This document shows positions 1 to 12,900 of a stretch of 64,000 bases of DNA, piece by piece. The position numbers and the translations under genes were made by a program. Origin of the DNA: Thalia democratica (taxonomy: Eukaryota); assembly GCA_965202585.1 (NCBI GenBank), contig OZ241829.1:9796001-9860000 (forward strand). The letters are read 5' to 3'. The notes under the pieces were generated by a model. The model searched no databases and was not told where the DNA came from. It worked only from the letters and a program-made list of their open reading frames with translations. Position 1 is the first letter of the stretch, and each line of letters starts with the position of its first letter.

Positions 1-914
1 AAGTACAAGTTTTCTAGATTATCAAGCAGACAAAATATTTTTTTTGTAAGATAGCTGAAAAAGTTAAAGATAATTTTTTTTAGATATATTTATACTTGTA
101 CAATTAAGTTTTTATTTTTAATTTTTTAAACACCTTTTTTTTGCAAAACTTTGTTTTTTTTGTTATGAAAATAGTTCAATCTTCTTTTTTTAGTTTAGTT
201 TTTAACTATCAAACTTTTTACAATTTATAAATGTTTTTTGATAATATTACAGCCTACTGTTTCAACTTGTAGAATGTGGTTACTCCTTTTTGTATAAATA
301 TAGTTTTAGTTCGTCTTTAAGCTTTACTCAAAAGTCAAGCTTGTTTTTGTATTTTTTGTTTAGCTTTTAAAAGTTTTAATCCTGTGTTCAACTTAATGAT
401 AGTTCAGTTTATGAAAAAAAATCTTTTTAAGAGTACAGAGTTATTTTGGACTCTTACTTGATAGTTTATAGATACTTAGGCTACTAGCTTTTAGTGACTT
501 ACACTAATTTGTCGTTATAAAGATAATAAATGTAGTTGTTGTAATTATTTTTAAATTTAAATTTTTTGGTGATCACTAAAATAAGCTGTCAAGTATAAAA
601 TTATTACTATCAAGGTAATAAATAATAAACATTTAAGCCAACTAAAAATGTATGTATTTTAATAATGATAAAATAAACAAATAATTTATTCATTGACAGA
701 CTTATATACAATTATATACATTACAAAATTCAACCTGATTGGAAAGAAATTAATCGTTTTCAAACAATTTTTTTATACATGTTTATTCATTTATGTTGTT
801 TTGTTTATAACAAACACCTAAATTATAATGCATATCAATTTTTTTCTTTTAAGTGACAAATTGATACTTGTACTCAATAGGTTTAATTAATAAAAATATC
901 ATTCTTTTTAACAG

Positions 915-3900
915 ATGAAAATGAGAAACAAGAAGTGAAAAATTCTTCTGATTTAACGTCTACCTTAGAAGACATGGCAGAGTTAGTTAGATACAATGTA
1001 ATAATTGTCATTAATATTTTTTTTCTGTCAATGACACATTTAAGTGTTAACGTTTCAAATATCTAACAGCTTATTGTCACTATGTTTTAATGTAAATACT
1101 GCAATATATACGGCTTGTTATACTTTACAGTTTTTTGTTGTAACATAACAACATTAAAACATTTTGTTAAACAAAAAGTTAATGGTTAATTATTTTGTTT
1201 CACATCAGACTTACAAAAGGTTGATTATTACTATGTTTTTATCTACATACAGCTTATTACAAATTTTAAGTCCATTTGTAACAAAAAATAGTTAAATTAT
1301 TTTCATTATTTTTTTTTATCACTAGTAAAATATTTTTATATAATATATGCAAGCAAAAACCCACTTTAAGTATTTAAAAAAAATTTTTCGTCAGACTCAC
1401 AAAAGGGGTGCCCCAACTCGAAGTGACTGACATCACCGAGGAAGGTTGGACATGCACCCACCAGATTGTCTCCCCGGCAACCCAACACCATGGCAACCTA
1501 GAAGGGGAATTCCCTTGTGCGAGAGAGTTTCCTTTTACACTTGATGATTTCCAAAAAAGGGCTGTAAAGTGTGTGGATAACAACAAGAGCGTTTTGGTTT
1601 GTGCACATACAAGTGCAGGAAAGACCACTGTTGCAGAGTGAGTAATACTTATTAGTTTGTTGTATCAAAGTATTTTGATATTATTTATAACAGTAAAAAC
1701 GTTTTTGTTTGTGCATTGCGCACATACCTCAGCTGGAAAGACCATTGTTGCTAATTTAGTATTTGTTTCTTGTTGATGGTTAAACTTTTCAAAATTACTT
1801 AAAATAGTAATAGTAGTAAATTGGATTTGTTTTTGGACCCCGGAGTACGGCTTACCTGTTTTCTTACTTAAAATAATTGATTGTTTTTAATACACTCTAA
1901 CACTCTATCTGAGAAGATCAGTTTTTTTGAGTGGTATTGGAAGGTAGCTGTTTTTCTCTTAAATTAATATTTTTTTAATAATAACTTTATACAGTACTAC
2001 CCACACAGATAAGCCATTGAAGTAGTACTCGAAAAATACCAGAAATTGTTTTGGTTTTAATATATAAATTTATAGTTTTTAAATATGTTTTAATTAATTT
2101 ATAATCTGCAGATAAACAATAACAACAGAGCTCAAAAAACACCAGTAATAATTTACAAATAATTTTCAATTTTAATAAGTATTTAAAGAAAACAACTTTT
2201 ACGTATAAGTAAATTCATTCAAAACTGTCTTATATATGTGAATTCTAATAGTTTTTATACAAAAAGTATTTACAATGTAATAAAGTATAATAACAATTAT
2301 TACTACTTAACAACAATGAGAAAATTAAATACAAGAAATCCTATTACATAAAGTAAAAGTAAATATTATAAATTTCACAGATATGCAATAGCGACAGCCT
2401 TGAAAAAGCACCAGCGAATTATATACACTTCACCTATAAAAGCCTTATCCAATCAGAAGTACCGAGACTTGAAAGAAGTTTTTGGCGATGTAGGACTGAT
2501 GACCGGTGACGTCACAATTGACGAACACGCGTCATGTGTTGTCATGACAACTGAGGTAATTGTGTGTTTGTTAATCAGAGTTTTTATATGGGGATCATTT
2601 TTTTAAAACTCTGAACGTATAAAATGATTTAAGATTGTAAATAATAACTCAGTGTTAGCGTTTTTTTAGCAGATTTTTGAAGTATGTCTTTTTTTCCAAC
2701 CCTTGTGATAAAAGACTTTTTAATTTTTTGACAGTTTGCTTATTGTTTTTGTGTTGTTGAAGTTTTTAAAATTTTAATCATAAGTGTGTTGTGAAAACAA
2801 GTTGAACTGTGCCGGTATAAAAAGTAAGCAAAGTAGTTATGTTATTTAACACATTTACATTGCATATTATATAACTAAACCATAAAAACTGTAGATTTTA
2901 AATAAAATTACATACTCAGATACGACAGATATGTACAGTATAAATTTATGTTTGTATACAATATTGTTTTCGTGCTACACTCAAAACTCCCAGATACTCA
3001 AAAGTATTATATACTGTGTCTCAGGATGTAGAATGTAAACGTAGTAAAATACAAGTTAATTAAACTAATTAACTATTTCAGTAATAAATTTCCACTAACA
3101 AAACCTATTAAGATAAAAAGCATTAGGAGGGGTTGTTTTTGAGACTAAAATAAATTATTCTATAGAATTAAATAAAACCAAGTATCATGTATGTGTTTAT
3201 CAAACATTAAGAATATATTTAATTCAACTCATTAAAAGTATGTTTATCGTGGAGATGATGTGTCAAAAATATCAGGATTAAAAAGATACAAATTTCACTT
3301 AAGTAAATAAATAAATTTGGTAAATAAATCGGAACACTAAACTACTGATTTGCAGATGCTAAACAGCATGCTATACTGTAGTAAAAAATAGTTAGTAAAA
3401 CTATATAAACTAATAACAATATCAAATTATACTAACAGATCCTTAGAAGTATGCTGTACCGTGGTGATGAAGTATCGAAAGCTTTAGGGTGGGTCGTATT
3501 CGACGAAGTTCACTACATGAGAAACAAGGAACGTGGTGTTGTATGGGAAGAAACAATCATAATGCTGCCTGCAAATACTAGGTTGTTGTGACGTCATACC
3601 TTTATTTTGTATTAAGTTTGTAATGTTATAGTATTTTTTAATTTTGTAGAATATCACCTCAGATAATTCTTTTTGTTTTATAAACAGTAAAGAACAATAA
3701 TTAAAAATACCTACCACATAAAACATTTTTGAAGGGCAACATTTAATATTGTATTTTTGAGCAATAATTGTAATACTTTTTATAAACATACAGTCATATA
3801 ATTTTTAATGGTTTTATATAAAGTATATCATAACTCACTCATACAATGTAGAGTTTACAAAGTTTCTACTTGGCGGATACAGGTTTCCATCAACTTAAGT

Positions 3901-6900
3901 ATCAGACTCTTTAGAACTATAACAATAGCTTAACAATAAATACCAGTTAATTGACCAAACTAGATAAAACAAAATAAAGTAAGTATAGTATTTTATTAAA
4001 TAAATATAATATTTTCCACCTAACAGGTGCGTGTTCTTATCAGCAACGGTACCAAACTCGATCTAACTAAAAAATTTAAAAATTACAATTTACATAAAAT
4101 ACTTTTTTTGACCTAACAATATTCTTGTCATCAAGGGTACCGAACTCAATCGGACTCGTTTAAATGATTTAAATGATTTAAATAAATATTTTTTAAATCT
4201 CAGATGCGTGTTCTTATCAGCAACGGTACCAAACTCGATCGAACTGGCTTCCTGGGTCTCTAACTTGCACGACACAGAAGTTCACGTTGTTTCGACTAAC
4301 AAGCGACCTGTGCCGTTAGAACACTTCATGTTTCCGTATGGTGGTGATGGAATTCATCTTGTTGTTGATAAGAAGGTTATTTGTTTGTTTTATTTATTAT
4401 TTAAAAAATTTATTTTCCCGTATGGTGATGGAATACATCTTGTTGTGGATAAAAAGGTTATTTGTTTGTTTTATTTACTATTAAAAAAATTCATGTTCCC
4501 GTATATTGATAATGGAATACACCTTGTTGTCGATAAAAAAGTTATTTGTTTGTTGTAACTGTTTTATTTGTTTTTGTACATTTCATGTTCACTTATGGTG
4601 GTATAAGTTTAGTTGTTGATAAAAAGGTTAATTTTTGTTTGTTGTGTTGTATATTTTAAACTTTTATGTTTTCTTATGTTGCTGAGATAGCATCATTGTT
4701 GTTTATAAAATGGTTATTTAATTATTGTTAATTTTTTATTGTTGAATTTATTTGAGCATTTCATGTTCCTTATGCCGGTTCACCTTAGTGCTAATAAAAG
4801 TTAAAGTTAGTTTTTTTCTAACTTTTAGGGTAAAGCTATATTATTTAAACTAAGTGGCCCCTATTGGGGCTATGAGTAGCAAAGGGGGGTGGGGGCGTGA
4901 GCTGTAAAGGGACCACATGGGGATCATGAGGTCATAATTTGAAACTTACACTAGATATCTGGAGTTGATGATGAAGAGCAAAAAAAAAAAAAATTCTTGA
5001 GTGTTTTTAATGGTAGTTTTTTGAGTAATCTTGTTGGAGGAGTTCATAGCTTTTTTAATTTCTGTTTAGGGTTTTTAAAAAAAAAAGTTTGGTAAACCCT
5101 GTATAAATGTAAACATGTGGAAATTTTTCTTTTTTATTAATTTTTTTCCGTGCAATCTCAATTAAAGCATTTTCAAATTTTCAATTGAATTATCAAATAA
5201 GTTTAAAAATTTTAAGTACTATGTCATAACTACTGATACTAAGAATTAACAGAGATGATATTTTACCAGGATTTCCCAAACTCATTTTCATAAACACCCC
5301 TTTAAAAAAAATTATCATAGACACCAATTTTCATAAAATCAAAAATAATCGCCCCTACTCATTACAAACATCGCAATATCTAGTGCAGGGTTTCCCAAAC
5401 TTTTTTTGTTCAGCTGGCCCCCTTAAAAGAAATTGAAAAAGCTATGGCCTCCTCCAACAAGATTACTCAAAAAACTAACATTAGAAAAACATAAAACGTT
5501 TTTTTTGCTTTTCATCTGCAATTCCAGAATATCTAGTGTAAGTTTCAAATTATGTTCTCATGGCCCCCTTTAGTCCCTTAACTGCTCATGCCCTCCCCCC
5601 ATTTTCGGCGCCTTTGCTGCTCATGGCCTCCTGAATATCTGTCATGGCCCACTTTGAGAAACCCTGCTCCATACTATTTGTTAATGCTGTAATATTTTAT
5701 TCTGGGTAAGATTTTAGATAAAACAACTAAAGTTTAGTGGTGTTAACAATTAAATAAAGTAATAATAATTAGATAGCTTATTTATTATAATACTTACAGG
5801 GTAATTTCAGAGAAGACAACTTCAATTTTGTGATGGATACAATCAGAGAAAGTGGGGACAACGCAAAAAGTGATTACGAACTTCGCGGCAGAAATGACGG
5901 AGTGCAAGTAAATTGTTTTATCTGTTTATCATTTATAAAGTTTTATAAATTTAATTCAAATTTTTCTTTGTTAAGAGAGAAAAAAATGAATTTATTGAAC
6001 ATTTTAATATTAATAATAATTAGTTATTCACTTAATAATTAATATTAAGTTACTAAACGGTTTAAGTTATTATCCAATAAATATTTATATCACTTTTGGA
6101 CCTAATTAGTAATACTACTAATAGAAAGTTTTTAATAATTTTTTTACAACAATTTAAAATTTTCATGATCCTCTAACTTAAGTTTGAAATAATATATACT
6201 TGAAGGAATAGATAAAATTGTTAAGAATATTAAACCTAGTGAACATAATAGCACGCTTAAACAAATTTGTTTTGAAACGAGGAATTTTTATTTTAAATGC
6301 TGTGCAATTGAAAAACCATTTTGTTTTGTTTATAAACTTGCTTTACAAAATTTAGATATTTTAAAAAATAAACTTGCTGTAGAGTAGTTTTTAAACTTTT
6401 AAATATTTTACAGTCAAACAGCTCATGCCAGCAGATAATAGAACTGATTCAACGAAACGAGTATCTTCCAGCAATTGTGTTTTCATTCAGCAAAAAAGAA
6501 TGTCAGTTCTATGCAAACGCTTTCAATGACATATGTTTCAACGATGGTATGTAGACTTTTTTAAAATTATAAGTGCTAAATAGATATTTATAAATAGATA
6601 AACGTCTTAATTTAAAATATCTTTTATGTAACTTTTAGTTGGTTTGTATTATGTTTATTTAATTAAGAAATATTTTTTTTAATTATTCAAATGCTTATTT
6701 TTTTAGTTATATATTTAAGTAAGTATATATTTTGTACAAGGTGTCTTTGCCTAAAAGATCTACTGTACTTTTTACTTTGTTTTGCTTTATGTACTTCATT
6801 AGAAAATTTTTTTTACTTAATTTAGAATTTTTTTATTTTATAATCTTTATAACTTACTAGATTCGTTTGCATGATTAGTTATTATTTAATATGTTGTACA

Positions 6901-9900
6901 AATTCCTTTTGAATGTAGAAATTTAAGACAGAAAAAAAAGAGAATTAAATACAAACAACGTTACAGCTGCAGAGCAACGCCTGGTGGACGAAATATTCAC
7001 CGCTGCTATTCAACAACTCAGTGATCAAGACAGGGAATTACCCCAGATAGAAAGCTCGTTGAAGCTGTTGAGGAGGGGAGTTGGAGTTCACCACGGGGGG
7101 TTGCTGCCCATCGTGAAGGAGGCTACAGAGATACTGTTCGGTGAGGGACTTGTCAAGGTTTTTGGTTATTCTATGTATTAAATTAATAACTAACTCTGTA
7201 ATTGTTGTTAACTGTAAAGTTTTCTTTATCTTGTTATGTTTATAAAAATATAAAATTATAAGTTTAATTTACTGTTGTTCAATGAAGGGCTTGTTCAGGT
7301 TTTTATTTGTTGTTTAATAAAACTAACTTACAAAAACGTTTTCTATAATTATAACTCATTTGTGAGTTGACTGTTGTTTACCAGAAAAAAAAATTAAAGA
7401 TTAAATAAAAGTGGTTTGATTTTGAAGCATAGTTCAAAAAGATGTTATTCTCGTCTGAAAATTTCATAGTAATAAATATTAAATGGTATAAAAATTCTAA
7501 ATGAATTCATTGTTATCTTAAATGACTATTTTTTTAAAGGACCAATAATTTTTAACAAATAATACGCTTTAAATACAGAGTGGTTTATTTCTCTTAATTT
7601 TAAATGTGTCATTGTTATATTGTGTAATTTTTCCAGGTATTATTCGCAACTGAAACATTCGCAATGGGAATTAACATGCCAGCCAGAACTGTGATATTCA
7701 CTGCAACTAGAAAGTTTGATGGAAACGAATTCAGAACTGTTAGTTGTATCAGCTCTTTCTTTTGTATATACTGAAAAAACACTTTAAAAAATTTTAATTT
7801 CTAACTTATCTAATTATTACTTTACTATTTGATATAGTCTTAAAAAAGTGTAATTATTAATAATGTCAAATATTTTTTTTTTTTTCATAAATAAAATGCC
7901 TAACTTGTTTTTCTCAATACAACTACATAAAAGATTATACGTTTTATTTCGAAAAATGTTTTTATTTATTTACTTCAAAAAAAATCATAAAAATATAATT
8001 TGATTGCGAAATTACACAGATATCAGGTGATGAATAGAAATATGAACAACAATTTTTATTTATTTTCAATATTTAACTTTCTTTTGATTAGCATAAACAG
8101 GTAAGAAGAATTAGTCTAAAAAATATCACACAATAAAAAACAAGATGTATGATACACTTTAATTACACAACTCAACTAAAAATAGATTTTAAAAAGTGTA
8201 AATTTTTATCAGATTGTGGTGTGGAATGATAAACTAAATGGTTTTTGAATGAGTGTAAAATTAGTTCGCTAATCATAAATCAAACCTATAAATAAATCTA
8301 TTTCACAGATATCAGGTGGGGAGTACATTCAGATGTCGGGAAGGGCGGGAAGAAGGGGCAAGGACCCCTCAGGAATTGTGGTTGTCATGGCAGATGATAA
8401 ACTGCAACCCGACGTTGCCAAGCAACTAATGCAGGTGGGAATATTGTTTATTTTCATTACTTTTGAAACACATTTTTTGAATGAAATGTTGCTAGCAACA
8501 CCACTCTAAATTCAAATTTACAGATATTAGAGTAATTTAGATAATAAATTTGTCTGTTTGGTAGATAACTGTACAAGTATCAGGAATGTCAAATGTACAA
8601 ATGTTATGTAAAAATTTGTTACTATATCAAGCTCGTGTTCACACCATAGTTTTAATAAACTATCGAATTTACGTTGTTGCAACTAGCAAAATTATATATA
8701 TAATTATATTGAGTCTATAAACTTTTTACATGTCAATAATTTGTATTTGTACAAATAGGTACAATTTAAGGCCATAGGGGGGGGGGGGTAGACCATGTTT
8801 TTTACAAGTTGATCTTATTTTATAGAGTTTTTACTAAGCTTCAAGATGCTTTTTACCGTTTTTAAAAATTCGAATTAGTTTTTGAGATATGACCGGCCAA
8901 AGTCGGGCCGCATAACAGGTTCCTTATGGGGAAGGAAAACTAAAACGGCGAAAAAAGACTAATGCATTCAAAATCTATCTCCTCCTTCATTTTTTAAGCA
9001 ATCTTCTTCAAACTTTCACAGTCTATTCTTTATACAATAAAAAAAAAACGTTATTTGTGACTTTAAAAAATTTCAAGTAAAAATACCTTTTTTTTGTAAT
9101 TTTATGACAAAAGTTAAAAAAAAAAGTGAATTTTCATCAAAAAAAATTTTTTTTTACAAAAAAAGGTATTTTTACTTGAAATTTTTTAAAGTCACAAATA
9201 ACGTTTTTTTGTTATTGTATAAAGAATAGACTGTAAAAGTTTGAAGAAGATTGCTTAAAAAATGAAGGAGGAGATAGATTTTGAATGCAATAGTCTTTTT
9301 TCGCCGTTTTAGTTTTCCTTCCCCATAAGGAACCTGTTATGCGGCCCGACTTTGGCCGGTCATATCTCAAAAACTAATTCGAATTTTTAAAAACGGTAAA
9401 AAGCATCTTGAAGCTTAGTAAAAACTCTATAAAATAAGATCAACTTGTAAAAAACATGGTCTACCCCCCCCCTATGGCCTTAAACTGTTTTTTATAGGGT
9501 GTGCAGTATTTAAGTGTCGTAAATGCAGATTGTGATTCATCAACATACAAACCATCAATTTGTTTGTTTATTTTATGATAAAAAATACTTTATTAAAATA
9601 CAAAAAATATTTATAGGGCGAAAGTGACAAACTTGAATCTGCGTTCCGGTTGACTTACCACATGCTGCTGAACCAGATGAGAGTAATCGGAGCGGAACCG
9701 GAGAAAATATTGAGCAAAAGCTTTTATCAGTTTCAACAATATGCTGAATTACCCAGAATTATTAAAAGTTTGTTTTGTTTGTATTTATCTGTTATAAGTA
9801 TAAGGTTGCCTTTTTGGACTAAAATATGTGTATTTCAATAAAAGGCAAAATTCAGGGCTGCACCCCTAACATTTTTTACAGAATAAAAGTTTTCAACTTA

Positions 9901-12900
9901 AGACTAAGTAACTGTTTGTGTATAAGTAATGCCTATTGTTATTTAAATTTGATTTTTTTTAAATACTTCCCACTGAAGACCAACATTTTTGTAAATAAAA
10001 TTACAGACATTTAAGAAACGCATAACTTCGCATAAAGATTCCAACCTTTAAATAGAAATATTTATATTGATAATGAATTATTAAAGCTACTCAATTTTAT
10101 TTGAAACTGAAAACTTTAATTTAGACTAAGTCTAATTCAGAATTTCCCAAACTTTTTTTCATAAGGCCCCCTTTGAAGAAATCAACAAAAAGCAGTGTTC
10201 CTCTAATACGGTTTCTCAAAAAACTACTTAATCCTAAGACCGTTTTTTTTTGTACTTCATCACCAACTCAAGTATACTAGTGTAATTTTAAACTATAGCT
10301 TTATGGGTCCCCTAACTTTCTAAAGCGGACCACTTAAGAAAACCTTGATATAGTGTAAGTTTGAAAAATTTCCCATAATATATTATTTAGGTTTAAAAAT
10401 ACCCTATTGAATACACCCAAGATTTTTTTTCTATTCACCATCAACTCGAGACTATCTAGTTTCAAGTTATGACCTAATGACTCTCAGTGGTCTTTTAACT
10501 AATGGTCCCCCTTTGGCCCCTTTGCAGCTTCCTAAATTTCTGAGATGGCCTGGAAGTGGGCCATCTGATCCACAAAAATAGTCTAAATTTAACAAGTTTA
10601 AATAAAAGAATATTTTTTCAGAAAGTGAAGAACTCCGCATGGAAATATCAAGCCTGCAAATAGAAGATTGCCACCAGGAGTATTACGAAATACAAGCGCA
10701 ATTAGATAAACTGACCAATCAGATCAACCAAAAGCTGATGAAATCTCGTCACGTGATCAAGCATTTGCAACCAGGCAAGATGGTGAAAATTGTGAATGGT
10801 GAAAATAAGTTCGGGTGGGGCGTGGTTGTTTCGAAGAGGGTAAAATCCCCTAAGTTCGCACTCGGTTGGTAAATTTTAATGAGTTTTATTTGGTATTGTT
10901 TATTGTACGATTATTAGGTTTTTTAGTAAAATTTATTCACCACATAATTGTTTATGAAATAAACATCTACATACTCTTTTTCAATGTGTGAATATCAGGT
11001 CTTTTAATTATGCCTAATATGCCTGATAATGAGGCCATAATTTGAAACTTACATTAGATATTCTGGAGTTGATGATGAAAAGCAAAAAAAAAACAGGTCT
11101 TAAGTGTTTTTAATGGAAGTTTTTTGGGTAGTCTTGTTGGAGGAGCGCCATAGCTTTTTTAATTTGAAAAAAGTTTGGGAAACCCTGGTCTAAACTTTAA
11201 AAAGGTTTACTAATGTTTGTAATGGAAGGTAATGTATATTAGCTGTTAGGGGCCAGGAGTTGAAGACTTTTCATTGTTGATAATGGAATATTTTAAAGGA
11301 TGAAGTAGATAGTTAATATCTAGTAAACGTATGTTGTAATCTTTGCGTTGGAAGTTTGAATCAAGGACCATGGCTAAATTTTTAGAATACAGTGAGGAAT
11401 CAGAATCAGTGATTATTGTAGAAATACCAGAGAAAAAATTATTTTCTGTTTAAACCAAGCAGTCATATTCATAATGCAACTAGAACAAGCAGACCTAAAA
11501 AATTTAAAGTAAAAAGCTTGAAAAGTACATTTCCACGCAATCACTTTTGCACAAGTGACAGTTTTGCACGGTTGACTTGTTTAAGTCACCGCTAAAATTG
11601 TCAATTGCCGCTCACCAAGCCGGTAGGAGGAACCGCTTACCGACCAATGGTTAGGGGTAACAGTTATATTAAAAGAAATAAACCTGTGCAAAACTGACGC
11701 CGTGCAAAAGTGACCATTTGTGCAAAAGTATCTTCGTCAAAAGTGAAATTTCGTGGAAAAATGTCCCTATTTACATTTTTGTACCCATCTTATACAGGTT
11801 ACAACAAAGACAATGCGATTTTTTAAGCTCTTTTTTCACCACGTGCAAACGAAAAATAAAATAGTTAATATAAATTAAAAAAACATGTTGTTTCGATATG
11901 ATATATCTTAACTGATTTATATCACTACAAGAAAAACTATTCTATAGGTTACAATGAAGACAATGCGGAATTTTATAAAAAATATTTTTTACATACGTAA
12001 ATAAATTATTCCATATAGTTAGTAATATATGATCCATATTGGTTGATAAATATTTTTTCCATTCTTATAAATAAATCTTCCTTAGGTTACACCGAAGACA
12101 ATGCTGACCAGAGGAACCAAACAGTCCTCGAAGTTTTGATAAACTGCGACAAATCAACAGTGAGGCCCCACGCCCCCTTCGGTACCACCCCAAAACCCCC
12201 TTGTAACCATGACAACACCGAACCTTCTGTGGTGTCCTGCTTGCTGAACGTTGTGAATGGGGTGAGCAAGCGGAAGTTGAACATAAATGGGGGGACGGGC
12301 TACTTCAATTTGCTTGACAACAGGAAGGAGGTCATGCGGGACGTGCAGGTTGGTTGCTAGGGAGAAATATTTATAAGTTATGTGTTTGTTTGTTTTTAAA
12401 GTTTGTTGAATTGTCATCCAATAAATAGAATAATCAAAAAAAAAAGTGAAAAAATTGGTTGCTAGGAATAACTATATGATTAAATGAATTAATCATTAAT
12501 AAGATTGAAATTTGAAAGCTGTTTTTGTTTATTATTTTATAGTGTGAATCGAACTTTTATTTCTTTTAAATTCTTAAACAGCAAATTCTTATATTTGTGT
12601 TTTGTCATCATGTTTTTTTATATTTAAGTAATTTTTGATTATTCACAATGGGTATTTCTTATAAAGGGTATTTAGTCACTATAGCTCAACCCAAACTCTA
12701 AAGCTAATAAAAGTTTTCTTAGTATTATTAACAACGTAAAGATTACTAAGAAATCATCGAAAATGTAAACTACATATACATTTTAAGATAGAAGATTGTT
12801 GTTCTCTTGTTAGTTTGAATTCGAATTTAGACGGTGCTTAAGCATGATAACGGAACAATTGCTGAAATCTGCCCGATAGAAGACGTGCAAATTAAAGATC

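Noticed and set aside
4376-4803. Repeat-spacer appearance resembling a CRISPR array (also 14622-15082)
   Set aside because: The units are copies of adjacent eukaryotic exon junctions, the intervening parts are homologous rather than unique spacers, and there are no cas genes.
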